DNA from: the human T2T-CHM13v2.0 reference genome, Homo sapiens
Direction: 5' to 3'
Length of the DNA: 64,000 nt
Assembly (NCBI GenBank): GCA_009914755.4
Contig: CP068257.2
Span: forward strand, 384,001-448,000
Every line of letters begins with the position of its first letter. Position 1 is the stretch's first letter. Under the pieces are notes generated by a model. That model saw nothing but the letters and a program-made list of their open reading frames with translations. It was not told the origin of the DNA and did no database searches. Shown here piece by piece: positions 30,481-49,498 of this stretch. Made by a program: the position numbers and the translations under genes.

Positions 30481-33400
30481 TTTAAGATTAAGGGTGAAAT
30501 AAAAGCTGCTCCCCTATATTACATTCATAAATCAGAATTATTAAAGCAAGCTATTTATTTATTAGAAACACTCCAAATTTAGCATCTAAGACATGACAGC
30601 CTTTCAAGAGACATCAATTTACTTGTTAGGGTCTATAGCTATATTTGTATTCATGTTATTGGTGTCCATAATATTTCATTAGATGTTCTGGGTAAATTGA
30701 TAAATGAAAATAATGTATGTGATAAGGAGAACAACCTAGGCCTCCTGGAGGGCCCCTTACAACTCAGCTGGTGTTAGCAGAAATGCCTGGGTGTAACAGT
30801 GAGAAACAACCTTTCAAAAGTGTTGAGCAATTTTTCAGGCAGAGGAATATGTATACCAATCCAGGCAGCAAGATAAGTGGAGGTCAGTTAAAAGATCAGG
30901 ATGTGATTTCATTTTTTTTTTTAGGTTTCTACTGAGAGGAAATATAACACTCAGTTATTATTTTCTCCGCATATCTCTGGTTATTTTGTCACAACCTTTT
31001 ATGTAAGCTACTACCAAACACTGGGTTATCCAAGATCTATGGGTCGTATTCAATATTTGCTTTTTCCTCAACTACTAACACATTTGATTCCCTTTGTAAC
31101 TTTCTCCCCTATTTCTCCTTTCAACCTGTTTTCTCCAACCACACTGAGTTAATAAGCCTCCTATATACTCTCATAACCTGTTTTATCTAAAGAGATTTCC
31201 TTTTTCTACTATTATACCCATCTCATTCCCTAATTTATTTATTCTTATTTCTCTCTCTATTTTTTATTCTTTTAGGCACAGCTCATGTCTCATGACTTTC
31301 AAAAAGTTTTTCTTCTGATATTCCCAGCTCGAATTAGGTACATCCCAATCAGTTTCCTTAGACTTACAACTCTGCATATTATTGGCTTGCAATCTGTCTT
31401 AGGCTGGGAATTAGCTCCTTGTAGGCAGGGGCTAGAATTTATTTACTCTTATGTCCATAATGCCTGACACAGGAACTATTCTCACATACAAATTGTAGGG
31501 CCATAATTCCTGAGAACATATGTACATTGTAGTGACTCATAAAGGCTTGAAATAAATTTTTAAAATGATTAATTGGGAAGTCTATGAACTTGACATCTTG
31601 ATGTAGAAGAAAAGCAAGGGCAGATGAAGAAGTTATACAGGATACTTGAAATACCAGAAGAATATAATCAGAGAGCAATAAATTAATCCTAGATTTTTAG
31701 ATGTGAAGAAGTTCTGAGAAATATTTGAAGACATGGCTCTAGGGATGAGTACATAACAGAGACCAGTAGCCAGAGTCAGAGCTTTTCAGAGTGACGAAAT
31801 TGCATTGCAGGGGGAAGGACTGTTGTATACTAAATAGAAATTGTCATTAAATGGAGACTAAGCAAGAGGCTGATGATCTGTGGATGACAGAAACAAAAAG
31901 GTGTGGAGATAGAGGTAAATGCCATAATCTACAAAGAAGATATTTTTGTGCCAGAAAGAAATAATAGGTCTAGAACGTAATAAAAGATAAATAGTTAACT
32001 ACATTGTAATATGGTCTGAGAACTCACTGAAGGCATAGCCATTGATATTAACTTCCACTTCACTTCCAGACAAAATATTTTAAATATCTTAAAAATTCCA
32101 TTTGATATTGTATGATTCATCAAGACAGAAAGTAAAGCTGTAGTTGCCCTGGGAGGGCGGGGAATGGGGAGTCACTTTTTAATGGGTACAGGATTTCAAT
32201 TTTACAAGACAAAAAGAATTATGGAGATGGGTGGTGGTGATGCTTGCACAACATTGTGAATACATTTAATGACACTGAATTGTATACTTAACAGTGGTTA
32301 AGATGCAAATTGTTGAGTGTGTTTTGCCACAGTTAAAAAACGGAAAACAATAGTATTTGAAGATATAGCCCATTTCATCTGGTAGCTAGCTGTATGTGTC
32401 TGCTCAGCTGTGGATAGATATTTATGCTGTTTCTGAACTGGAGGTTACTGGTATTCTCTAAGGTATAGGAAAATTGATCTTATGTGGCTAACTGAGGTGG
32501 ATATAGTTGTATCAGTCAGACAGTAATGATATAATCATGATAGTTTACATTTAACACAACTTACATGTGTTATACTTTAGAAAGCTCTTCATTCATATTA
32601 TTACTTCATACTATTTTCCCCTTACCATTTTTGTCTCTCCTTTCTCTGCTGACTTCAGAAAATGTCTCTTCCACACTACTCAATTCATCTCCTTATTTTT
32701 TCAAAATTTTAAGTCTCAGAGTCTCCAAAAAAATTTCCAGACAAGTCTCATCAGCTTTCGGTCATTGATTAATCGATATCCTTAGAGGCTTTCCCTTCCC
32801 CTTCTCAATTTAACATAGCTTCCAAATACACTTGCCAGTAAAACAAAGTTGTTTATATGGTTTTATATTTCTTCCTGCTGAATTATGAACATTTTTTCAT
32901 ATTGACATTGATTTCCATCTGGCCATGAAATACTCAAGGTGAAGAAAATGAAACAAAATTGTTAATATTTATCAAGAGCCAGGTACTGTTTTCAGTGTCC
33001 TAGAAGTATAAACTAGTGTAATGCTCACCAGCTCATATGAGAGGCAAAAATGGATGAAACTATAAAACCAAGACACAGAGAGTTAAGGGAAATTTCCCAA
33101 GATCACACAGCCACTGAGGATATGAACTAGACTTTGACTTCAGGCTATTTACCCCAGAACCTGTGCTTTCAAACATCATTTGTACTGCTTCCCTAAATTA
33201 CACTTGAGTACACTGTGACATCAAATTTCACCTATGACACCAAATTTCACCTATGACACTGATTATCTGGGGAACTTTGCAACTTATTCTGAATGTGATT
33301 CAGTTTTCTTTTCTGTACAGAGATAAAGTCAGTATATACTCCATAGATTCGTTATAAGGATTATATGAAATGACACATGAGAAGGCTTTAAAAGGACTTG

Positions 33401-36400
33401 GAAAGCAATAAGCTTTTTTGTTTTCAATCATGTTTCAATAGGTTATCAGTGTTGTGAATGGTTCATGAAAAATGACTTTGGGCTCAGTGAGTAACTGAAA
33501 TGTTGTTGCTTAATAGTGTGTTTAATATTAATATAATAGTAACAAATGTTGTTATTGTTGAGTAATAGCTATTTGGCTTTTCACTGCTTTTCTTTTCTAG
33601 TGTTTTAGTCAGAGACTTCTTAAGTCTCCTCAAGTGTGTACACATTTCTTAAATTTGTTGGGAAGTACCAAATTTAAGATATCTTGCATTTTTTTCTTCC
33701 TTAGTAAACACTAAATTCCATCACGCAGCAGAAAAAGGGCTCTGTTATTGTCGGTACAATGGTTTAATATTCACTTTTATTCCCTGTATCGTAGTTCTGA
33801 TTTAATTGCTATTTAGAATAAAACTTGTTCCTTATTATATGCATTCATAATTATAAAATTTGTGTTTTAATGCCTTCTACACATATACTGTGCTTTTCTT
33901 TATTTCCTTATATCTTTTACTGTTTCATGATCCTGGTATTTGAAATCTCATTAAGTGTTGTTTGGGGATTTGCTGGGAATGTCATCTACATAATAATGTC
34001 TCAAGTTTGTAGCATCTTTAAAACATAATAGGAGATGGAATTCACAGCAGAGTAATAACCCTCCCACTTTAGGCAATGTATTTGTGATTGGTATGACTTT
34101 GTTCCCAGAGAGCAGTTAGCAACACAATATTAAGGCTATGTGTACAAGGAAAACAAATTTTAAAAATATCCTTTAAAAAAAACAGTTCCCGATCCTAACC
34201 AGTATCATGCACAGAATCCGTTTCCACCTCTTCATATGGAAGCAGCTCTGGGTGGACATCTAGAAAGTTGGATAACTATTTATCACATATGTTCTGTAAA
34301 GGGAGAGATTTACAAGAAAGTGTTAAATTTAATCCATAGGAAAGCAAAATCAAAAATCAATGAATTTTCCATTTGTAGTTTTCCCTAGGGGCTCCACTCT
34401 CAAGATGGCTTAAATGTGTTATAATTAAATGACTAGGCACAATTGTTTGTTAGTGACATAAAAGCAAGGTAAGCATTTCTGCTTTATGAGTCCAAGCACA
34501 GGGACACTTGGTTTTCTTTGGAAGGATATCATAAAGGCAATGTTTATGAGTAATACCTCATTGTCTTTCCTTTTGTGGCATTCAATGTTATGTACTATAA
34601 TTTAGAAATGAAAACTACTTAAAGACCACTTGCTAAGTTTCATGTATTTCAAATTCTCAGATCCTGAGTGTTTAAATATGCCTATATTTCTTCATGAAAA
34701 AAACGTAATCTTTGCCAAGTTAGAAAAAGAAAAAGTCATATTCCCATTTTTAACTAAATGTAATCAGAAATTTGGACAGTTTTTAGCCTTCAATACATTA
34801 TGTAATTTGGGTAACAGGCTGAATAAAAGTAAGGAACTTCAGTTAAATTCAGAGAGAAGCTAATAATTATTTCTAAGACTCAAATGTATAGAACAGATCT
34901 CTGATATTAAGGGTAAGACCCTCAAAGGTGAGCCAAAATGGGTAATTGTGGGATTATTTTGGGAGTAATCATCATAGATTCTTACTGCTATAAATACAGT
35001 CAAATGTCAGATAAATATACTCCACTGAAATGTTTTCTAGGAATGATGTTGGAACCAATGTTGGTAATTTTGAAAGTCATGGAGAGGATTTCAGATGATA
35101 GAAGTCAGGCAACTATCCCAGGTTTAATAAATAAGCAAATGGTGAGTTCCAAAAATGCTGTATCAATGAGCCTCATATTGATCCTGAGCACAATTTCAGG
35201 AAGGTCCATTAAATGGGTCTTTGGAGAGCACTTAGGATAAAAGGCTGGCAGCAGGGATTCACTAAGAGCAATGGTGCCAAGCTTGCCTCTTTGACATTGT
35301 TATGTGACTGATAAAGGTAGGCTATAGTGGTACACAATACAGATATTTCCAGGGTAAAGCTGTTGAGCTGCTGTAATTTTCCTTACCTCTTCACTATCTT
35401 CTCCTATAGTTGACTCCCAAGGAAAAGATAGTTGACTTTTAATGTAGAAATGTACGTTAACTGGCAAAAACAAACAAATGAAACCATAAACTATCCTTTA
35501 GGCTTCTCTCTGCTCAGTTATTAGATCATATGAATGTGCCCTTAGGAAACACAGAAGGTCCACACTATTATAGGGACAAATTTCTTACATTCTCTGCTGT
35601 TTAATGCTCTTCAAAAGACTTACCATACTGCACTAATTTGATTATCAACTACTTGAACACAGGGACCAATGTGCTTATTAAAAATTTTGCATATTATGAG
35701 GGCATTAACTTTTAAGTATTCGATTGTTAAGACAATGCATATTATTATAAACCATAGAAGGCACACTTATTACCTCCTTAAGAACCAGTCTCTATTTCTC
35801 TGTTTCCTAGATCTCCAAGGTCATAGAGGGATTGGATATTTGTGTCTTCAATTGGCCCTCTTCAACCCTAGGATAAATAGTGATTAATCTAAGCCAATGG
35901 TTTTCGGCTCTGTCTGACCCAATGCCTCTACTTCATAAGAAATTCTTCAAAGACCCCTTCACTATTCTAAACTATTAGTGAGAACACAATGTATGCATTC
36001 AACTTGTTGAAAATATTAATGTTATGCTGAAGCTAACAAAGGAGAAATAATTTACTGTCAATATATGATCCAAAATGTATATAATTGTGCCAGAACATTT
36101 ACATCTCAAATACAATAGAACATAATGAAATTTTCATATCTTCGCCCATACCTTGAAACATTTTAAATAAAAAGCTACAAATATAGTTTCATTGAATAAC
36201 CAAATGCCAAAACTGCCATTTCTATTGTTGACATGATTGATCTGCATTGGTAAATGTAATAGATACTTTCTGTTTGGCCCTTGTCCCCTGTTATACTCCC
36301 CTATTTACTGGCTTTTGTCCAAGTGGAATGGACCATATTGAATATCTCAATCGGTTCCCTTGCTCATTGCCTTCTATGCATGTTCATGAGATTAAAGGGA

Positions 36401-37199
36401 AGGAGGAAATGGGATTGGGGGTTATTGCCTAAACTCCCTCTCTGCTAGGTCTCCTTGACCAATCTTTTTCATAAGAAAATTAGTGTTTCCTTGTGTGATC
36501 AGGGCAGTTTACTCCCCAGAACTCTGCCTGCTGCTACTAACCCAGAGTTATTGTGGGGTGTGATTTCTGTGATTCCTTCACCCTTCTCCCCTGAAATTTT
36601 CGTAAGTAGTCTCTTTGGAAATAAACCCATGTTAAATTATCTTAGTTTGTGTGTGTTCTATTTTTCCTATTGAGACTCTGAAATGAGTATCTAAATGAAA
36701 AAATCTACCGTCTTTTCTCATATACATAGTAGTTTCATTCTTGCAAAATTCATGGCATATTAAAACCATGCAAAAGTACTTGGCACTTAGGCAGTTACAT
36801 TTGGGATTGTATAATTAAACAAAGCAGGTTATTCACCTTCATTACATTAGAAAGTCATTCAGGACATACAGCAATCCTTAATTAGGAGCGGCTATCCCAT
36901 GTTACTGGACATATGGCATCCCTGTTTTCCAATCCTTAAAGTTTTTCCTTAACGTTCCAAAATGCCGTCACTTATTATTTCCTGCCATTGGATTTTGTCA
37001 CATGAAGTTGTAAGGCTGGGAATGCCGTAGCCATCTTGAAAACATAGGTAGAAAGATAAGAGAATCATAAAGAAGTGGATCATGTTGAATTAACTAAGCA
37101 TTGATACCATCTATTTGTTGTCCGATTTGGTAAAAGTTGCTCCTTGTTTTTTTCTTCAATTAGTTGACTATTCTGTTACTTGAAGCTAAAAAGTTTTTT

Positions 37200-37220
37200 T
37201 CTTTTCTTTCTTTCTTTCTT
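37200..37220. repeat. (CTTT)n tetranucleotide repeat
   Basis: CTTTTCTTTCTTTCTTTCTTT directly upstream of the Alu T-run. Confidence 0.8.
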
Positions 37221-37513
<293 letters not shown>

Positions 37514-37952
37514 AAAAACATTTTAACCAATAACAAAGCACATTATTTCATTGCATTTTTTCAAAAGTTGCCAGTAATTTCAATTAAAAATATTATATAA
37601 CATGTTTAATGCAATACAAATGCTTTTCAATGTACAATGGGGTTAAGTCTTGATAAGCTGATTATAAATTGAAATACATTATTAAATGTATTTAATACCT
37701 AACTTACTGAATATCACAGCTTAGCCTGGCATACCTTTAATGTGCTCAGAACACTTACATCAGCAGACAATTGGGCAAAATCGTTGAATACAAAACCCAC
37801 TTTATAATAAAGTATTGGATATTTTATGTAATTTGTTGAATATTGTACTGAAAGTGAAAAGCAGAATGGTTATATTCTATTCAAAGCTATCACTTTTGCT
37901 TCATCATAAAGTAAAAAAAAATCATAAATTGAACCATTATAAGTTGACCATC

Positions 37953-38078
37953 TGTGTATATGTATGTGTGTGTGTACCTATATAAACATGTATGTTTATA
38001 TATATATTTGTGTGTGTATATATCCTCGGTGTGTGTGTATGTGTGTTTGAGAGAGAGTGTGTGTGTGTGTGTGTGTAT
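37953..38078. repeat. Compound (TG)n/(TA)n/(GA)n microsatellite
   Basis: TGTGTATATGTATGTGTGTGTGTACC ... TATATATATTTGTGTGTGTATATATCC ... GTGTGTGTGTATGTGTGTTTGAGAGAGAGTGTGTGTGTGTGTGTGTGTATG. Confidence 0.9.
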
Positions 38079-39436
38079 GACATTGTAGGAAAGTAAAATT
38101 TCTTATCTTACAGATATAGCATGTTAACATGTTGGTACCTATCCTCCTGAGATGTAAAATTTTACATGGATAGATGTGTACATTTACAGTTGTACACAAA
38201 GAGAAACATATTCTGTAGGCTCTTTGTTTTTCTGCAGTTTCATTCAACACTATCTGGTTTATATGGATGATGACATATATAATGCTAGGATGAAGGTTCT
38301 TCTCTATAACTTTGAAACTTCCTTGATTATCAACCCTTGGTATATTCTTAGAATAGGATTTTATTTTAGAATTAAGATCCTTGTTTCAGGACTCTAGACT
38401 GTTAACACACAGAGCCAATAATTATTCAGAATGGTTGGGTTAGTTCACATTCCCACAGATGAGACATCAAATGTCCAGGCTGCACAGCCTCATTAACACT
38501 AGATTTTCTGGACATTTTATATAGTATTTCATCTTATATAAAAAGTAGAATTCTAAATTAATTATGGTTGTTAATTTATTTTTATCTTTTTAGTCATTAT
38601 GAAAATGTTTAACTATATGAAAAGCTAGGAAAGAGTTTTATTTTTTAAGGTAGTACTTCAGAAATATTTGCGATACTTAATTTTTAAAAATTAACTCTAA
38701 AAAATGTTGAAATGTCTGTTTAATGAAATAGGACATAAATACTGGTCACATTAGTGAAAAATATTTGTTTAAAATTAAAATATCTGTATCAATCCTGTAG
38801 ATATTAATAATTTTTAAAGAATGACATCTTCAAAATATAAATGTTCTAAACTTATAATCAGTTAAATATGTCTCAATACATATAGATACATATATCTAAA
38901 TAAATTTGAAGACTTCAAATTCCAGGTACAATATAATTCTTTTCTATCCTGTGATTTGTCATTCAGTATTTTGTAATTTGCACAGAAATATTTTGCCCTA
39001 ACCACATGTCTGTATTTTCTCTTACCTAGAAATGTTATTTTATGCAAAATTGTTTTAAAGGTCAGTTTGCATGTTTGAAAGCATCTTGTAGAATGTTACA
39101 TAATATATTGCATATTTGGTTACATTGTTTTAACTGTGTAAATATGGTTTAAATCTATGATGCTCTTTAGTGCTGATCATGATGCAAAGCAAATTTATCT
39201 GTATAAAAGTCTCCTGTTAATTTTTTTTATTATTATATTTTAAGTTTTAGGGTACATGTGCACAACGTGCAGGTTTGTTAGATATGTATACATGGGCCAT
39301 GTTGGTGTGCTGCACCCATTAACTCGTCACTTAATATTAGGGATATCTCCTAATGCTATCCTTCCCCCCTCCCCCCACCCCACAACTGTTCCCAGTGTGT
39401 GATGTTCCCCTTCCTGCATCCATGTTTTCTCATTGT

Positions 39437-43261
<3,825 letters not shown>

Positions 43262-43549
43262 TATGATGTTAGCTGGTTATTTTGCTTGTTAGTTGATGCA
43301 GTTTCTTCCTAGCCTTGATGGTCTTTACAATTTGGCATGTTTTTGCAGTGGCTGGTACCAGTTGTTCCTTTCCATGTTTAGTGCTTCCTTCAGGAGCTCT
43401 TTTAGGGCAGGCCTGGTGGTGACAAAATTTCTCAGCATTTGCTTGTCTGTGGAGTATATTATTTCTCCTTCACTTATGAAGCTTAGTTTGGCTGGATATG
43501 AAATTCTGGGTTGAAAATTCTTTTCTTTAAGAATGTTGAATATTGGCCC

Positions 43550-44330
43550 CTACTCTCTTCTGGCTTGTAGAGTTTCTGAGGAGAGATCAGCAGTTAGTCT
43601 GATGGGCTTCCTTTTGTGGGTAACCTGACCTTTTTCTCTGGCTGCCTTTAAAATTTTTTCATTCATTTCAACTTTGGTGAATTTGACAATTATGTGTCTT
43701 GGAGTTGCTTTTCTCGAGGAGTATCTTTGTGGCATTCTCTGTATTTCCTGAATTTGTATGTTGGCCTGCCTTACTAGATTGGGGAAGTTCTCCTGGATAA
43801 TATCCTGCAGAGTGTTTTCCAACTTGGTTCCATTCTCCCCATCACTTTCAGGTACACCAATTAGACATACATTTGGTCTTTTCACATAGTCCCATATTTT
43901 CTTGGAGGCTTTGTTCATTTCTTCTATTCCTTTTTCTCTAAACTTCTCTTCATGCTTTATTTCATTCATTTCGTTTTCCATCGCTGATACTCTTTCTTCC
44001 AGTTGATCACATCAGTTACTGAGGCTTATGCATTTGTCATGTAGTTCTTGTGCCATGGTTTTCAGCTCCATCAGGTCCTTTAAGGACTTCTCTGCATTTG
44101 TTATTCTAGTTATCCATTCGTCTAATTTTTTTTTCAAATTTTTAACTTCTTTGCCATTTGTTTGAACTTCCTCCTTTAGCTCGGAGTACTTTGATCTTCT
44201 GAAGCCTTCCTCTCTCAACTCGTCAAAGTCATACTCCGTCCAGCTTTGTTCCATTGCTGGTGAGGAGCTGCATTCCTTTGCAGGAGGAGAGGCACTCTGA
44301 TTTTTAGAGTTTCCAGTTTTTCTGCTCTGT
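43550..44330 (-). pseudogene. L1 ORF1 remnant (frameshifted)
   Basis: EQSWTEYDFDELREEGFRRSKYSELKEEVQTNGKEVKNLKKKLDEWITRITNAEKSLKDLMELK and ...LIGVPESDGENGTKLENTLQDIIQENFPNLVRQANIQIQEIQRMPQRYSSRKATPRHIIVKFTKVEMNEKILKAAREKGQVTHKRKPIRLTADLSSETLQARRE match L1 ORF1p. The N-terminus is lost to a frameshift. Confidence 0.9.
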
Positions 44331-46705
44331 TTTTTTCCATCTTTGTGGTTTTATCTTCCTTTGGTCCTTGATGATGGTGACATACAGATGGGGTTTTGGT
44401 GTGGATGTCCTTTCTGTTTGTTAGTTTTCCTTCTAACAGTCAGGACCCTCAGCTGCAGTTCTGTTGGAGTTTACTGGAGGTCTACTCCAGACACTATTTG
44501 CCTGGGTATTAGCAGCGGTGGCTGCAGAACAGTGGATATTGGTGAACTGCAAATGCTGCTGCCTGATCGTTCCTCTGGAAGTTTTGACTCAGAGGGGTAC
44601 CCGGCCATGTGAGATGTCAGTCTGCCACTACAGGGGGGTGCCTCCCAGTTAGGCTACTCAGGGGTCAGGAACTCACTTGAGGAGGCTGTCTGCCTGTTCT
44701 CAGATCTCAAGCTACATGCTGGGAGAACCACTACTCTCTTCAAAGCTGTCAGACAGGGACATTTAAGTCTGCAGAGGTTATTGCAGTCTTTTGTTTGTCT
44801 GTGCCCTACCCCCAGAGGTGGAGCCTACAGAGGCAGGCTGGCCTCCTTGAGCTGTGTTAGGCTCCACCCAGTTCGAACTTCCTGGCTGCTTTGTTTACTT
44901 ACTCAAGCCTGAGCAATGGCGGGCGCCCCTCCCCCAGCCCCACTGTAACCTTGCAGTTTGATCTCAGACTGCTGTGCTAGCAAACAGTGAGGCTCCGTGG
45001 GTGTAGGATCCTCCAAGCCATGTGCTGGATACAATCTCCTGGTGTGCCATTTGATAAGCCTGTTGGAAAAGCACAGTATTAGGGTGGGAGTGACCTGATT
45101 TTCCAGGTGCCATCTGTCACCCCTTTCTTTGACTAGGAAAGGGAATTCCCTGACCCATTGTGCTTCCCAGGTGAGGTGATGCCTTGCCCTGCTTTGGCTC
45201 ATGCATGGTGTGCTGCACCCACTGTCCAGCACTCCCCATTGAGATGAACCTGGTACCTCAGTTGGAAATGCAGATATCACCTGTCTTCTGCATCACTGAC
45301 GCTGGGAGGTGTAGACTGGAGCTGTTCCTATTCGGCCATGTTGCCTCCATCCACTAATTTTTAACTTTCAAATGATTAGATACATTTACCCTCTTCTGAA
45401 TTTTAATTCCTGATGAAAAGATTCTGAAATCTCAAGAGGATAATGAATCAGCTTCTGATTACATTCTGGAATTACGATTTGATCACCCATCCAAGAATGC
45501 ATATTCACTTTCCTTTACATTACACACATGCATAATACCATGCTGAGTGATGCTGGAAAAAGTGAGTCTTCAGTAATGCCCTCATGAAATTACAGTCTCA
45601 CTACACCGAGGTATTTTCTTTTTAACCCATTTTTCTTTTCTGCTGTGAATATGTGCCTTCTAAGAGGTGAAAAACTGGGAAAAACTGAAAAAGAACCTTC
45701 ATCTAATTCAGTAACTAGCTTTTGTATCTTCTAAGAATTTTTATCTCCAGAAAGCTCTAATCTTCATTCCTTTAAAGCTTTATTTCTCTCTCCTTTCCAA
45801 CACCAGATTTTTCTCTGTTTGTTTTCTATACCCTTTTTAGAGATGCCTACAATAGAAAAAAAACTATGACATATTCAATACATCTGAAAAGTTTGCATTG
45901 CCATAGATAAGAATGAATTGTCTGTTTATAAAGAAAAAAAATAAAAATATGAACCAAGAAAGCACAGAAGGTAGTAACCACATTTAGATGTTTATCATGG
46001 AATCATCTTTATAATCCATCTGTTACAATTCCACAGAGCAAATTAGAAGTAATTGTGAAGTTTCCCCTCATTTTATAGGTTTGGTCTTATAAGGCATACA
46101 ACACAAATTTTAATTACTTTTCTTTTTGGTATTTGGATCTTAATTTGGTCAAGTGGCCACTGGGTAGATGATGGAGCCTCTTGAGACATACAGTCTTCTA
46201 GCTTTGTTGATGTAAATATTACTGTGTAGTTTTCATTCACTTATTATTTTACAAGGCATGCTTCATTAAAAATATGTCAGCATCTCATTGACAAATCACA
46301 AAATTTAAAAGGCACAAGAAAAAAACAATTTATTTGAAACATTCCTGTGTAAAAGTAGTCACCACTCTTACTATTCCTCAAATATTTTTATTATATTTAA
46401 ACACAAGCCTAGTTTTATCTCGAGTGTCTGACCTTGATGATATTGTACACTTTAAACTTAGAAAAAATTGAACTCTATTGGAAATTTCCTACAGATCAGC
46501 TTTTCTAGATGCCAAGCGCCTTGTTTCAGCTGCGGTGATGACAACAAATTGGGTTCTCAGGGTTTCTGGCCTCTGGCATCATCTCAGTTGTTTATAATTG
46601 AAGTTGGCTCTGATGAGAACTCAGCTTAGATGCATGGTTGTACTGCTGGGCTTAAGGCTGGCCTGCCAGGAGGTTGCATTGAGGTGTAACTAGGCAAAGA
46701 AAGAA

Positions 46706-47162
46706 GGAGTTTATTGAGGCACTACTGACAATAGCAAAGACTTGGAACCAACCCAAATTTCCAACAATGATAGACTGGATTAAGAAAATGTGGCACATAT
46801 ACACCATGGAATACTATGCAGCCATAAAAATGATGAGTTCATGTCCTTTGTAGGGACAAGGATGAAGCTGGAAACCATCATTCTCAGCAAACTATCACAA
46901 GGACAAAAAAACAAACACCACATGTTCTCACTCATAGGTGGGAATTAAACAATGAGTACACATGGACACAGGAAGGGGAACATCACACACTGGGGCCTGT
47001 TGTGGGGTGACGGGCTAGGGAAGGAAAAGCATTAGGGGATATACCTAATGTAAATGACGAGTTAATGGGTGCAGCACACCAACATGTCACATGTATACAT
47101 AGGTAATGAACCTGCACTTTGTGCACATGTACCCTAGAACTTAAAGTATAATAAAAAAAAAG
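46706..47162 (+). mobile_element. L1PA-like 3' end (~455 bp), 5'-truncated, sense, with a target-site duplication
   Basis: GTTTATTGAGGCACTACTGACAATAGCAAAGACTTGGAACCAACCCAAATTTCCAACAATGATAGACTGGATTAAGAAAATGTGGCACATATACACCATGGAATACTATGCAGCC ... ACTTAAAGTATAATAAAAAAAA. Flanked by AAAGAAGGAG on both sides (46696-46705 and 47159-47168). Confidence 0.92.
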
Positions 47163-48756
47163 AAGGAGGTTGGGCAAAATTACCAACAATCTTCAACTAT
47201 GAATTTTTATGAGTAGGGGCTTCCCACACCATCAGGCACTCCAAGTTGGAGAAACAAGGGATGTTATATTGAAAGTTTAATTTTTTAGGCTTGATAGTCA
47301 GATTAGGGAAGTTTTGGGTATACCTTTCCCACTCTAGAGCCCTCTCCCTAACTCATGGCCAATTTGGGACATGGGCTCAATGGAAAAGAGTGCCGAGATC
47401 AATTAGAAATATCCTTCATGAACATAGGAGGCAGGCATTCTGGCCAAGGGGTGCGTCTTCCCACTTTGTAATCCAGAGTGCGATTTCTTCTTGCTATCTG
47501 TCCCTCTGTAAATAAGCATTGGGTGAAGGACAAGCTAGTTACAACTGAGGATGGAATGAGATTCTAGCAGAATTGCAAAATGAACTGAGAGCCACGAAAG
47601 TGTTCCTCTGTGAACCAGCAGAGAGATCTGTGGAAGGCAAAGGAAGAGGAGCCAAGAGGCCAGATAACATTCCTGCTTCCCCTACATTGTGAAAGTGAAA
47701 TTATCAGCAACGTATATCAGTAACTAACCAGAGGCTTTTTGGAGAGTAAGACTTCTGATAGATACCTCAATAGCTGAAGTTGCTCTTCAGTACTGCACAT
47801 AACCTGTGGACAGATTTTCATCATTATTAATTCATTTATTCAACAGATAGATATTAAATTCAAGGCATAGTTCTAAACTATGCAGTCAATTACAAAAAAA
47901 TAATGAAGGGCATTAGCTGTGCCTCATAGGACGTTAAAACTCTAGGTGCTGAATGAGACAAATAGGGTTCCCACATCAAGTGCCTGGGCTCCTGTTATAA
48001 CCTGGACTGTGCTTCCAATGACTTCTCTTGTTTCTGTTTTGGTAAACCCATCATTTGGCTTAGTCCCTATCCTTGCCATGCTCGCCCACCAGTAGGTGGA
48101 CCTCCTTGACTATAACTACAGACATAGATCTTCGATTGTTTCTTTTCAAATGTTTGCTTACTTTAGATCTGCAGTCAAATGTTGTTTTGACCATAAGACT
48201 CTGAGGGTGTGTGTGGTTGAAACTGTCTTGAGACTCAAAGAGCTATTGAGGAAGGGATTTGGTAGCTGAACTCTTTTGAAGTTTTTCTCTGTCTCTCACA
48301 CATCTGGGGCTCAATAGTTTAATATATTGTTTAATTTCTACATCAATGATAGTTTAATTGGCATCCATGCAAGTCAGTTCTGCTGGGAGTTTATTATCCT
48401 ACTCCAATAGCAAGTAAAGCATTCCTTAAATATAGTGTATGTATAAATTCTACATGGTAAGTGAAGCTGTCTTTATGAATTGCTGCTATAGAATATACTA
48501 GATTGTGTAGGTTTTAGTACAATCCAGGTAATTATCAAGCCTTTGTAATATTTTCAGGAAAGTGATCCTTTCACTTCAGTTTATGGAACTTGGAAAGTTT
48601 TCAGTTACCACCCACTTGTTAGATCATAAACTTAATTCTATGTATCTGAATTTATTTTTCTATTTATAAATTTATCTGGATGTTTTCTCAAAGGTTTCCC
48701 AGATTAAAAACCTATGGCTTTGTAAAATTAAAACAGAAGTAATAAGAATTGTGTTA

Positions 48757-49090
<334 letters not shown>

Positions 49091-49228
49091 CTAGAATCAT
49101 ACAATGAGAGAGATTGTATAGCCCTTTTAATTGTCCATAATGGATACATTTCTTTTTCTGTGTAATAGTTTATCAGAATGAAAAAAAAGACTCACTGAAC
49201 ACTGATAAATTTCTCTCTCTCTCTCTCT

Positions 49229-49498
<270 letters not shown>

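Noticed and set aside
33225-33262. Tandem duplication CAAATTTCACCTATGACA x2
   Set aside because: It is a trivial slippage-type duplication.
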